Shown: positions 1 through 10,600, counted from the first letter of the stretch. The stretch is DNA of 64,000 bases from Euryarchaeota archaeon TMED99 (GCA_002170315.2 NHFA02000032.1:1958-65957); one strand, 5' to 3'. Made by a program: numbers and translations. The notes: generated from the letters alone by a model not told the origin.

Positions 1-108
1 GGTGGACGTTCTGCAATGGCTCGTCGCCTTGGTCTTGGCGAGAAAAAGAAACTCGATGTCGATGTATTGGATGCAGCATTAGTCGATGATGTGGTTGATG
101 CTTGGTAA
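1..108 (+). CDS. 3' end of an unidentified protein-coding gene (truncated by window edge)
   Basis: Frame 1 is open from the window edge to TAA at 106-108 (..ARRLGLGEKKKLDVDVLDAALVDDVVDAW*). Only 35 codons are visible, so no family call is possible. Confidence 0.3.
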   Translation, partial: GGRSAMARRLGLGEKKKLDVDVLDAALVDDVVDAW

Positions 109-145
109 ACAACAATACAAAGAAGCCCCTTGCAGTGGGAGTTGC

Positions 146-622
146 ATGGTCAACTATTGGCTGATGAAATCTGAACCCCATGTCTATCCGTTTGAGCAGC
201 TTGTAGCAGATGGCTCAACCCATTGGGACGGCGTTCGTAATTATCAGGCAAGAAACATGATGCGTGACGATATGAAAATGGGTGATTTTGTTCTCTTTTA
301 TCATTCAAACTTCAAACCCCCTCATGTTGTTGGCGTGGCACGTGTTTGCAAAGAGGGCTATCCAGACCACACTGCGCAAGACTCTACTTCGAAATATTTT
401 GACCCGAAAGCAACACCTGAGAATCCACGTTGGATGATGGTCGATATCGAAGCAGTCACAGCATTCACGAACATCGTACCATTGGAAGACGTCCGCAACA
501 ATCCTGCATGTGAAGACATGCTGTTGGTTCGTAAAGGTCAACGTCTGTCTGTTCAACCCGTTGATGAACAGCATTTTGATACTGTTTTAGCAATGGGCGG
601 TCTTTCTCGTAAAGACCTATGA
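146..622 (+). CDS. EVE (PUA-like) domain protein
   Basis: ORF 86-622. The internal ATG at 146 gives MVNYWLMKSEP. The motifs WDGVRNYQARN, GDFVLFYHS, VVGVARV and PRWMMVDIE are typical of the EVE / thymocyte-nuclear-protein-1-like fold. Confidence 0.75.
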   Translation: MVNYWLMKSEPHVYPFEQLVADGSTHWDGVRNYQARNMMRDDMKMGDFVLFYHSNFKPPHVVGVARVCKEGYPDHTAQDSTSKYFDPKATPENPRWMMVDIEAVTAFTNIVPLEDVRNNPACEDMLLVRKGQRLSVQPVDEQHFDTVLAMGGLSRKDL

Positions 623-661
623 GTAATTTCAAACACATCAGGATTATGGGAGCGTGTTAGA

Positions 662-1873
662 ATGTCAACAGAACAGATTCCAGTCGCTGCTCGAGCATCG
701 AGCATCGAGTACGCAATTCGTGATGTCGTTGTTCCTGCAACAGCACTTGAGCAACAAGGTCATGAGATTCTCAAACTCAATATTGGAGACCCCATTGCAT
801 ACCCCGGTTTGCCTACTCCAACGCATATGGTTGATGCATATGTCAAGGCACTGCAAGATGGTCGCAATGGGTATTCTCCATCCTATGGACTGCCAGAACT
901 TCGTGAAGCGATTGCGAAGGACGAACGTCGAAAGGGGTGGGATGCACAGAGTTCAGACATCTATGTTTGCCATGGAGTAACCGAAGCATTACAGATTCTT
1001 TTTGCCTCAGTTCTCTCCGAAGGTGACACAGTCTTGGCCCCTGGTCCACATTATCCACCTTACATGGCCTATCCACAAATGTATGGCGCTCAAACTATTG
1101 AATACAAATTGAAACCCGATGATGGATGGAAACTGGATCTTGAAGATATTGAATCAAAGATGGATTCCTCAGTCCGTCTTCTTGTCTTGATTAATCCGAA
1201 CAATCCATGTGGGAGTGTTGCGGGTGAAGAAGACATAACCAAACTCCTCAGCATAGCTCGAAAATGGCCGAACTGCATGATTGTTGCAGACGAAATCTAT
1301 GACGGACTTGATTTTACAGGATTACAAAAAAGTGTGGCAAGTCTTTCAAAAGACGTTCCAGTTTTTTCCTTGAACGGAGTCTCAAAAGTCTACTATGCAC
1401 CAGGATGGCGAATCGGATATATGGCAATTCATGATCCGACTGCTCGATTGTTGAATGTCCGTGATGGAATTGAGCGAATGCTTCGTTCACGTTTGTGTGC
1501 TTCAACACCTGCTCAACTTGGATATCTAGCGGGGCTTGAATCTGATCGTTCATGGATGGATGTATATTCGGACAAAGTTTTGGCACAACGTGATGTATGT
1601 GTCGAAAGAATTTCACAAATCGAAGGTCTTGAAGTCCAATCTTCAGGTGGCGCATTCTACATGTTTGTTCGATTAACAGATCCGAAGTGGGCGAATGATG
1701 ACAAACAATTTGTTCTTGATTTGTTGCATGAAGAGCATGTTTTGGTCGTTCACGGTAGTGGTTTTTCTCCAACTTTGGGTAAGGGCCATTTCCGAATCGT
1801 CTATTTGCCGAATATTGATGTTCTTAATGAAGCATTCAATCGAATTGAATCTTTTTTGCTCCGCCATCGGTGA
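662..1873 (+). CDS. class I PLP-dependent aminotransferase, alanine aminotransferase-like
   Basis: 403 aa, ATG start. It is collinear, from memory, with the archaeal (Pyrococcus-type) AlaAT: SIEYAIRDVV, LNIGDP, GLPELREAI, INPNNPCG, the PLP lysine in NGVSKVYYAPGWRIGY, and HVLVVHGSGF..GHFRIVYLP. Confidence 0.85.
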   Translation: MSTEQIPVAARASSIEYAIRDVVVPATALEQQGHEILKLNIGDPIAYPGLPTPTHMVDAYVKALQDGRNGYSPSYGLPELREAIAKDERRKGWDAQSSDIYVCHGVTEALQILFASVLSEGDTVLAPGPHYPPYMAYPQMYGAQTIEYKLKPDDGWKLDLEDIESKMDSSVRLLVLINPNNPCGSVAGEEDITKLLSIARKWPNCMIVADEIYDGLDFTGLQKSVASLSKDVPVFSLNGVSKVYYAPGWRIGYMAIHDPTARLLNVRDGIERMLRSRLCASTPAQLGYLAGLESDRSWMDVYSDKVLAQRDVCVERISQIEGLEVQSSGGAFYMFVRLTDPKWANDDKQFVLDLLHEEHVLVVHGSGFSPTLGKGHFRIVYLPNIDVLNEAFNRIESFLLRHR

Positions 1874-1929
1874 AGAGAATGAATTATGTCGTCGATGCTT
1901 TGATGACTTAGAGTGATACCGAGTAATTC

Positions 1930-4900
1930 ATGGGCAAGACGGGTCTAAGGCTCCGTGTATTGATTTGGTCTTCTTTGATGGCCTTTTTTTTCGTCCAGCC
2001 AGCATCCGCAAATCAAGTTGCAGATTTCAATCAATTCACCTTTGATTCTTTCGTACCAATATTGATTGCGTTCGCTATTGCAATCCCGGTTTGGAGAATA
2101 TTCATTCCGAATCAACTTGCCAATCTCCAGGTTGCATTTGAAATTGATGATGACCTCTATGAAGTTCACAAAATTACTGGGAGTGTTTCAGATGCCCGGA
2201 TCCTCCTCAAACAAGGCGCAGTAGGTTACGGAATCGGTCTTTACATGATGGGAATGACCGGTGTTCTCATTCTCATAATGGAGTTATTATTCGACCCTGA
2301 AGTCTACTTTGAAGCAAGTCTGCTTCTTGCAGGTATTCTCATTCTAATACCCGTTCTCATTTCCCCATGGGAAACATTGAACGCACAAATCCTTGGTAAG
2401 GGCAACAATAAATCAAAGCGGAACAGAATAACAGGCTTTGTTCGAAGAATCATAACTATTTCTTTGCTCATCGGTGCTACGATTGCCACCTTGTTGTATG
2501 GTATTCAGAGTAGTCCACAAAACACTCTTTCGCCTGTATGGCTTGCAGCTGGAATGTTGACCTTCATGTCACCCACAATTATGGCCTATGGTCGTATTAT
2601 GGGTGCTTCTTGGAACATGCTCATCATTAACAAGTGGCGGACTTCGAACGGGAAACCAAACCCGATAGACCCCGATAAACCACGATTCCTTAATCGATTG
2701 TTTTCACTGGTTCTTGTTTTGTTCTTGATTACGATGCCATTGACTGCATTAAATGGAATTGTCACAGTGTTTTATGTCTTATTCAACAAGCCCGCTAATG
2801 CCGAAGAGGTTCTCAATTTCGGTGGAATCATCGGCCATTCTATTTACCAAAGAATCGACATTATTTCCGAGTTACTCTTCCATTGGCAATTTATCAAGGC
2901 ACTTCCTCAGTTCTTGTCTCTCTATCTTTCTCTGAACATTGCTATTGTTGGTCTTGCGTTCATATTTGAACTAACTCGCAACCTTATCCTAGGAGGGCAA
3001 ACATTCGGAGGCCTCTTTGGCGTGACGCTTGATTCACCCCGAGAAATTCGAACTGAAGTGAAAGCACAAACTCGGCAACTCACCTTTGCGTTTGCAGGAT
3101 TTTCAGGCTACACAGTCCTTCTTCTGGTTTTGGTTTGCTACAAAGAATTTGGAGACCTCATGCCTTACACAGACGTGCTCGAACGTAACGGATTCGACGA
3201 GGGTAATCGATTATTGACAACGTGGATGTTCATCGCTTTCGGACAGGCTGTATTTTTATTCACCTGGCTTCTTTCTATTATTCGGTATTCTCCATTGCTC
3301 AAACTTCGTTTTGACTTGAACCCTGATGAACGCCGTGAAGGTGCAGTTAAGTTCGCTGGAGGCGATTGGATGCGTGAGTTGGTTGATGAGGCTGCAATTC
3401 GAGAAGACCTCGATGGACTCATTCAATTCCAACGTCGTTCAATAGAGGGCGATTCTGCCCTTGTCCGTCATGAAAAAGCTCGCGCTCACATGTGGGAACT
3501 CGCACTTCGTGGTTTGTGGCCTAAGGCAATAGAAGAAGCCCGTAAAGTACTTGCTCAGGCAGGTGGGGAAGACGACGTTGCACGAATGATTGTCGCAGTG
3601 GGATATATGGCCTCAAGAAGATTAGATGCTGCACGTGAAGCACTTCATGGATTACAACAGCCTGAAGGCTATGATGAGCCGGAACTCTTAGCATTCGTTT
3701 GTGAATGGCTGGACCCTTGGCAAGGCATGGTCACTGACGATGACTTTTGGGATTGGGAAAATAATTCCTGCATCGACCACCTTCAAGGTTTGATGAGAAT
3801 GTTACGTGGTTGGCAACCTTCTCCGAATGATGACTCTATACACAACGATCGATTGACAAGAGTTGCCCAACTTTCGATGATTTCGCTCATGCGTGCTCAA
3901 AGAAAACATGACGATGCGCTCGAACTCTCACTGAAATTAATTCGGGATGAGCCAACTGGAGTTCGCCCACGAATTGCTGCATCACTCTGTCTCATCGATA
4001 AAGGGGATTGGCACAGCGCACGTTCAATTTTAACAGAACTCAAAGAAAGTGACCCACAAGACCCTCGGGTGCTCGCATTGAGCAGTATTCTCGGCCAAGT
4101 TGTCGATGAAGAAGAAATGGAAGTTTCTCTTGCTGTTGGTAAAGGTAAGAAAATGAGGAAATGGATTAATTCCGCACCAGTCAATGCAATTGCAGGTCTC
4201 ATGGTGCGTGGTGGAACAGATGAGGCGATTAATGCGAACATTCTGATTGCATCACATGAGGCCACACGTAGGGGTATGCCACCAATTTATCGCGCAAGTA
4301 TTCTAAATACTATATTCCATCTTCTTGTTCTCATTCCTACATGGATTGTTCTCGGAATTTATGTATCGCAAGAAGTCGGCCAAGGCCAAGGAGTTTTAGT
4401 GGTTCTTACTCTGTTCATGGTTCAATTTGGTAGCAAGCGTTTCAATCGCCAACAGCAACGCGTTATTCGTCATCGTGATCAAAAGGCATTGATTGCATAT
4501 TCAAAACGTATGAAGAGATTCAAAGTTCAGCCTGAAAGGGAAAATATTCCTGTTGGCACACACCTGTTACTCTCTGGAATGTTGGTCACCGTCAATGGAG
4601 TTGTGCTCGATGTTGGCATGCCTGGATGGATGACTGAACGCCTTCCACGAGATTCTGAAAAGTCAGTCAAAGCCCGATTAAAGCGTCAATCAAAAGCGAT
4701 GTCAAAGTCTCGCCCTCCTCGACTACAACCACTCGGTGAAGGTTGGTGGTTAAAGCGTCCGAAGGAAGATGGCGCTGATGTTCCTGCACTTGAACGACTT
4801 ATCGGTGCTGTTGCTTACCGAGGCCGACCACAATACATACAGAAGAAAACTGGTAAACAATCCTCACGAGTTGGTTCGAACAAAGCCAAAAACCGACCTG

Positions 4901-5088
4901 TTTCAGAAATTAACCTGGACCGACGAGGTATTCCTACCAACACGCGAATTTCTGAACGTTCAAGGCGACATCCAGGGCCATCGTCAACAGTTAACGTCGG
5001 AAGTAAGATTCCAGGTCCAAATGTTCGTCCGTCTACTCTTCGAGATGCTACAAACGATGACGATGATGATTTCCTTTCATTTAACTGA
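1930..5088 (+). CDS. large polytopic membrane protein with a central TPR-like helical region and a basic/Pro-rich tail
   Basis: 1052 aa. It has an N-terminal signal-like segment and about 10 hydrophobic helices in residues 40-470. A soluble helical-repeat region (~470-760) is followed by 2 more TM helices. The tail is Lys/Arg/Pro-rich and ends DDDDDFLSFN. I recognise no enzymatic motif. Confidence 0.6.
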   Translation: MGKTGLRLRVLIWSSLMAFFFVQPASANQVADFNQFTFDSFVPILIAFAIAIPVWRIFIPNQLANLQVAFEIDDDLYEVHKITGSVSDARILLKQGAVGYGIGLYMMGMTGVLILIMELLFDPEVYFEASLLLAGILILIPVLISPWETLNAQILGKGNNKSKRNRITGFVRRIITISLLIGATIATLLYGIQSSPQNTLSPVWLAAGMLTFMSPTIMAYGRIMGASWNMLIINKWRTSNGKPNPIDPDKPRFLNRLFSLVLVLFLITMPLTALNGIVTVFYVLFNKPANAEEVLNFGGIIGHSIYQRIDIISELLFHWQFIKALPQFLSLYLSLNIAIVGLAFIFELTRNLILGGQTFGGLFGVTLDSPREIRTEVKAQTRQLTFAFAGFSGYTVLLLVLVCYKEFGDLMPYTDVLERNGFDEGNRLLTTWMFIAFGQAVFLFTWLLSIIRYSPLLKLRFDLNPDERREGAVKFAGGDWMRELVDEAAIREDLDGLIQFQRRSIEGDSALVRHEKARAHMWELALRGLWPKAIEEARKVLAQAGGEDDVARMIVAVGYMASRRLDAAREALHGLQQPEGYDEPELLAFVCEWLDPWQGMVTDDDFWDWENNSCIDHLQGLMRMLRGWQPSPNDDSIHNDRLTRVAQLSMISLMRAQRKHDDALELSLKLIRDEPTGVRPRIAASLCLIDKGDWHSARSILTELKESDPQDPRVLALSSILGQVVDEEEMEVSLAVGKGKKMRKWINSAPVNAIAGLMVRGGTDEAINANILIASHEATRRGMPPIYRASILNTIFHLLVLIPTWIVLGIYVSQEVGQGQGVLVVLTLFMVQFGSKRFNRQQQRVIRHRDQKALIAYSKRMKRFKVQPERENIPVGTHLLLSGMLVTVNGVVLDVGMPGWMTERLPRDSEKSVKARLKRQSKAMSKSRPPRLQPLGEGWWLKRPKEDGADVPALERLIGAVAYRGRPQYIQKKTGKQSSRVGSNKAKNRPVSEINLDRRGIPTNTRISERSRRHPGPSSTVNVGSKIPGPNVRPSTLRDATNDDDDDFLSFN

Positions 5089-5139
5089 CCCATTGTTTGC
5101 CATCAATGAGTTCAAAGACCGACTTCACAAACAGTGTTT

Positions 5140-6453
5140 ATGCAGCGCGAACGTGGAACTTGGTCTCCGAGTCAGTCAACTCTTTCAAATGCTCAAGCGG
5201 TATTAGATGCAACTGCAGCAAGTGGTGATTTGTATCGCAACGGGTTAGGTATGATTGCTTCTGAGAATATCGTATCGCCAATGGTTCAAAAAATAGTTTC
5301 AAGTGACCTTCATGGCAGATATGCAGAAGGTCTACCAGGTAAGCGATATTATCAAGGTTGTAATGATTTTGACACCATCGAAAGTCTTGGAATTGAGTTG
5401 GCTCAAAAGGTATTCAATGCTCCATTTGCGAATATTCAATCAACTTCAGGAACCGTTTCGAACATAGCCGCACTCAAAGCATTGGCCAAGCCAGGAGATC
5501 AAATCACCGCTGTGTCAACCGCTGATGGGGGGCATATCTCTCACGCTCGAATGGGTGCTGTTGGACTTCGTGATCTTGATTTGTCAACTTATCCTTGGGA
5601 TGAAGAACGAATGGAACCCGATGTTGATGGTGCTTGTGCGCTGATTCGTGAACTTGAACCAAAGGTTGCACTTGTTGGCCAATCGGTTTTCTTGTTCCCA
5701 ACTCCACTTCGCGAAATTGCGGACGCTGCCCATGAAGTCGGTGCTTCGGTCATGTATGATGGAGCCCATGTATTGGGCTTGATTGCTGGTGGATGCTTTC
5801 AAGATCCATTGCGTGAAGGTGCAGACCTCATGACCGGTTCATCACACAAAACATTCCCGGGGCCACAGGGTGGTTTCTTACTTTCATCGAGTGAAGACCC
5901 GACATTCCAACGTAAGTTGAATACTGCGATTTTCCCTGGAGTTTGTTCTTCATATCACCTTCACCACGTCGCTGGAAAAGTAGTCGCTTTGGCTGAGTTT
6001 GAAGAATATGGTACTGCATATGCGCATGATATTGTTGCCAATGCCCAAGAATTTGGTTCGGCAATGGCTGCTGAAGGTTTTGATGTTCTTGCAGAGTCTC
6101 GAAATTACACTGAATCACACCAAGTACTCACACGTCATGGTGATACCGATTCAGGCGCAGGTGCAAAAGCTGCGTTGTTGCTTGAAGAGGCTGGAATAAT
6201 TACCAATATGAACATGCTTCCAGGCGATACAAAAGCGATGACTCCATCTGGTCTTCGACTCGGCGTGCAAGAATTGACTCGTGTAGGAATGGGAACACTG
6301 GAAATGCAAGAGGTTGCAAAATTGTATGCGCGAGTTCTGCTTCACTCTGAAGACCCTAAGTCTGTTCAGAAAGATGTTGCTCAACTCAAGTCTAATTTCC
6401 AAACGATTCGTTATTGCTTCAATGAAGAGAATGCGAACGGCTACCCCTTTTGA
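5140..6453 (+). CDS. glyA: serine hydroxymethyltransferase
   Basis: Motifs LGMIASENIVSP, HGRYAEGLPGKRYYQGC and the PLP-lysine motif GSSHKTFPGPQGG. GTG at 5134 or ATG at 5140 are both possible starts. Confidence 0.9.
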   Translation: MQRERGTWSPSQSTLSNAQAVLDATAASGDLYRNGLGMIASENIVSPMVQKIVSSDLHGRYAEGLPGKRYYQGCNDFDTIESLGIELAQKVFNAPFANIQSTSGTVSNIAALKALAKPGDQITAVSTADGGHISHARMGAVGLRDLDLSTYPWDEERMEPDVDGACALIRELEPKVALVGQSVFLFPTPLREIADAAHEVGASVMYDGAHVLGLIAGGCFQDPLREGADLMTGSSHKTFPGPQGGFLLSSSEDPTFQRKLNTAIFPGVCSSYHLHHVAGKVVALAEFEEYGTAYAHDIVANAQEFGSAMAAEGFDVLAESRNYTESHQVLTRHGDTDSGAGAKAALLLEEAGIITNMNMLPGDTKAMTPSGLRLGVQELTRVGMGTLEMQEVAKLYARVLLHSEDPKSVQKDVAQLKSNFQTIRYCFNEENANGYPF

Positions 6454-6462
6454 GAGAGAAAA

Positions 6463-7539
6463 ATGACCAACGAAGACAGCCCACCATCTTCAACGAAACT
6501 CTTTGAAGCGCTTCAGAAAGAATTTACCTGTTTCAATGATGGCTCCGTTCGTGACTCACGAGGAATTCTCAATACAGTTTGGAAAGTGAGTGATTTCCAG
6601 CGCTGGTGGCTTGCTTTTGAAACGCATGCAGGTGTGCCGCTCGGACGAAAGTTAATGAATGCAGCAACAGATCAAGAGGAGTATTTTTTGAATGAGTCAT
6701 CACTTTTCGATGTTGGCTGGTTCATGAAGAAACTCAAAGTGAACGCTCTTTTGACTCAACGTTGGCAAAACATGGGTTGGGGGCAGTATTCTCTTTCGAA
6801 AAATACAGTTCTTTCTCACCTACTTGCACCTGTATGTAGTGGATTTGCTCTCGCAACTCTTGAAACTTTGAAGTCTCATCGATTCAAAGTCCAATGGAGG
6901 CAAGTCTCGAATGTTCAAATTCAACTCGAAACCAGTGATGATCCTCGCTCAATATCCGTTGCTCCACCGCCACCTCAGTTTCATTGGGATTCAAAACCAA
7001 TTGATTCTCTACCTCAACAAAACAAGGGGCTTGCTCTTGATTTGCAGCTGAATGAGTATGGTTGGTCACATTCCGGTGAGCACTGTTTTCTCTTACCAAT
7101 CGGTGTTTTGCAAAGGTTGTTTGAGTCTGTAAACATGCAAGGTCTTCAACTGCCTTCAGATGTGTTAGATGCTTGGGAGTTTCCAGAGGAATTCAATTCT
7201 TCGCATGCGCTCAGTCTTGTTCTTTCCTCTCTTGCAATGAATGACATGGTGTCTCAAAGTGAACGACCAATTTACATTCAAAATTTGAAAAGTTGGAGTC
7301 AACTCGTTGAAGCATATATGGTTCCTTTCGGTTTTGGGTCGTTTGCTAGCATTCGTGCACTTGATGAACAAGGAGGCGTTGAATTTGAACTCCGCCCTTC
7401 AGCACTTTTGCCACTAACTCTCGGATATTTGATAGCATTTTGGCAACGTGGAATAGGTCGGAAGGCAAGGGTGAAAATGGCCTCAAAGAATGAAAATTGG
7501 TCGTTTCAAATTACATCGTTTTTAGACTATGCAGAGTGA
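6463..7539 (+). CDS. hypothetical protein, possibly a tandem V4R-like small-molecule-binding fold
   Basis: 358 aa, ATG start, no TM helix. Two halves each end in a G-rich/Cys segment (MGWGQYSL..APVCSGFALATLE and FGFGSFASI..LTLGYLIAFWQ) that resembles V4R domains. This is a weak call made by eye. Confidence 0.45.
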   Translation: MTNEDSPPSSTKLFEALQKEFTCFNDGSVRDSRGILNTVWKVSDFQRWWLAFETHAGVPLGRKLMNAATDQEEYFLNESSLFDVGWFMKKLKVNALLTQRWQNMGWGQYSLSKNTVLSHLLAPVCSGFALATLETLKSHRFKVQWRQVSNVQIQLETSDDPRSISVAPPPPQFHWDSKPIDSLPQQNKGLALDLQLNEYGWSHSGEHCFLLPIGVLQRLFESVNMQGLQLPSDVLDAWEFPEEFNSSHALSLVLSSLAMNDMVSQSERPIYIQNLKSWSQLVEAYMVPFGFGSFASIRALDEQGGVEFELRPSALLPLTLGYLIAFWQRGIGRKARVKMASKNENWSFQITSFLDYAE

Positions 7540-7561
7540 GATATACCGCCTCAATTTTGAT

Positions 7562-7575
7562 TCAAATCGATTTGA
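7562..7575. promoter_or_regulatory. perfect 14-bp palindrome TCAAATCGATTTGA in the intergenic region upstream of the TSP3 giant gene
   Basis: Read directly from the sequence. It lies 23 nt after the stop at 7539 and about 60 nt before the ATG at 7637. It could be an operator or a small hairpin. Confidence 0.2.
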
Positions 7576-7636
7576 GAGAGAACACATTGAGAGTTAAGGT
7601 CTATAACCGAAACACCAAGTCGCTAATTTTGCACAG

Positions 7637-10600
7637 ATGTGCACGGTGTTCAAAATGTCTCTTAGTCACAACCAAATGGCCTATGCTGCAATCATCTCAA
7701 CGCTGATTTTTGGCTCCCTCTTTGTAGGATTTTCAGGGTACTTCCAAACAAGCGAATCGGTTGGTGGTTTCGAAAGTGCTGCCGAAGAGGATTTGATTGG
7801 TTCCGGAACTTCGATCAGTGCTGCTACAGACACCGATGGTGATGGCCTTTCTGACTTACTCGAATCAACTCAATACGGAACTGACCCTGAGTTAGCCGAT
7901 ACAGATTTTGATGGAATGAGCGATGGTTGGGAAGTTGCCCATGGTCTTAATCCACTCGATAATGGTGAATCGGAAGACCTCCTCAACGACCCATCTCAGG
8001 CTGAGGAAACCGATGATGCAAGTATCGAAAACGAAACTGATTCGTGGCCAGACCCTGAACAAGGTCCGAATGGTGACCCCGATAATGATGGACTTACAAA
8101 CCAAGCTGAGCAAGAACTCGGTACCGACCCTCAACGCTCAGATACAGATAATGATGGACTTAACGACCGTTGGGAATCGATGTATACTCAAACTGTTCAA
8201 ACTCCTGGTGGCGAAGTCACTTTGTTTAATCCACTCAACGGAAATTGGGATTGTCTCTTACTTGACCAAGCCATGATTGATACTTTGACGACTTTTTACG
8301 ACTCTGATGATGCTCTCCCTTCATGGGACAGTCTAGCGAATGCAATGGGCTCCTACTCTTGTGACATGGTCCTTGACACCGATGAAGACGGTCTTCCTAA
8401 TTTCCTTGAAGAAACATATGGAACCGATCCTACCGCACGTGACTCCGACATGGATTTACTCGATGACATCGTCGAAATCGGTAACTTGACTGCAACACTT
8501 TTCACCGGTGTTGGAGAAAACTGTAATGTTCCTCTCCTCGACCCAATCGTCCGAGCATCACCATTTGCCGGCGTCGATAATTCTTGGTTCTTGATGGACA
8601 TGGATAATGATGGCCTTCTCAACGGTCCATCGGATTGGGACACTGATGGCGATGGTATGCCAGATGGATTCGAATTTTGTTATTCGAACGTGAATGACCA
8701 TCCCCAAAACGATGCATCTATGGTTTTGAATCCTGCCAATGCTTCTGACGGCTACGGCGATTGGGATGAAGATGGCCTCAACAATTTCGAAGAATATCAA
8801 GTTGCGAATATTTTCGGCCCAACGAATTTCACCTCTCCATGGCGTCTTGATACCGATATCGATGGTATGCCAGACGGTTGGGAATCAACCAATGGGCTCC
8901 ACCCTCGTGACGGTGCGAACGGTAACCTTGACCCTGACCATGATGGATGGGATGTCGATGGTGATGGTGGCGTATTCTACAGCACATTAGACTCTACAAC
9001 AATTGTAATTGGCGTCGACGTCATCAAAGATCAGTGGGTTGAAGCGAACGCTACTGTTGCTCGTGGACAAATCACTCTCGCAGGTGGTCAAAAGCAAACC
9101 ATTGCAATGCTTGCCCCAGTTTCTGGTTATGTTTACCAAATCAATGTCGCAGTTGGACAAGCGGTTGAATCAAGATTGTTCAAATGGATGGAAGTTGTTG
9201 AGCCGGAAGAACAATTCACGAATTTGATGGAATACAATGCTCGAGATCGAGACGGTGACGGTATCATTGATGGCCGTTCGACCGACCCTCTGAATCCTGA
9301 TACCGACGGCGATGGGTTGTTGGACGGAATTGAAGTAATGGGTTGGGAAATCTTAGTTGTTAACAATGGTGTCATCAAAACGTGGGTCACTTCAGACCCT
9401 GGATTATTTGATACCGATGAAGATGGTCTTTCTGATTATGATGAGTTTGCAAATACCTGTGCCGGTGGTTCGAATGCTTCGAACCCAGATACTGATGGTG
9501 ATGGCGAACTTGACCAAATTGAGGCTTTAACTGGCTATTCTTGGGAGGGTGTTGCTTACTTCACCAGTCCATGTATGTTTGATACAGATAACGACGGACT
9601 CGAAGATGGTGAAGAGGTTATTGCTGGTAAGGATAATTTCCTCACGCATGCCAATAACTCCGATACAGATAACGACAGCTTGGTTGATGGAAACGAAGTT
9701 CTCTTCGTACCTCGGCCGTTCCAAAACCCGACCAATCCCTTACTGAACGATACAGATTCTGATGGAATGCTTGATGGTTGGGAAATGCAAGTGAAATCCG
9801 CTGAAGACAATACCAATTCTCACAGCCTTTGGGTTGCAACCTCTTCATGGCAACGCCCTGGCTGTGTTTCATCTCAAAACAATGACTGTTCGATGGAAGC
9901 AGGTGGCTATGTTTGGCAAAACAACCTCGGTGGTTTCGTGAATGAGAAGAAATTTAGCGTTGCAGAAATGAACCTTACTGGGTTTGTGGTTCCATTGAAC
10001 GACTTCTGTAATTGTAACGGACGTTGGGCGCTGGACCCGTCACTCGATTCACTTAAGGATGACACCTTTGATATCGATAATGATTCTCTCGCTAACGGGG
10101 CTGAAGCACCAGACAAATGGAATACAAATCCAGTTGATGACGATACTGACGGCGACAACCTCCCTGATGGTTGGGAAGTTTACTATTCAGGTCTTGCACT
10201 TGAGAGTGGGCTTGTCGACAATGGTTCTATCGATGCATATGGTGCTCGTGGTGTTATGGACCCGTCAATGCCTGACAGTGACCTTGATGGTATCATGGAT
10301 GGTGAAGAAGACCCTGACCAAGATGGCTTGAACCGTACTGGACTCATCAAGAAGTATTGTTCCGGATACAATGATACGACCAATTCCGATTGTAACATTG
10401 ACCCAGATACCCCAGATGGGAAAAAGTTCTATGACAACCTCGAAAATTATACCAATTTTGAAGAGAAAGAGAATGGAACAAATCCAATTACCAACGATAC
10501 AGACGGCGATGGCTGGAATGATGGCCCAGAAGTCTATTATCAAGACCATGACGATGATGGAATGGCTACTGGCTGGGAATTCCACTTCCAGTTCGACCCT

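Noticed and set aside
305-1076. Minus-strand and alternate-frame ORFs (305-574, 654-980, 665-856 and 843-1076) overlapping the EVE and aminotransferase genes
   Set aside because: They are embedded in genes with strong family motifs. They are Cys/His/Arg-rich, translate to nonsense-like sequence, and have no independent support.
4769-5206. 145-aa ORF bridging the end of the 1052-aa gene and the glyA start
   Set aside because: It is out of frame with two well-supported genes and overlaps both. It has no recognisable motif.
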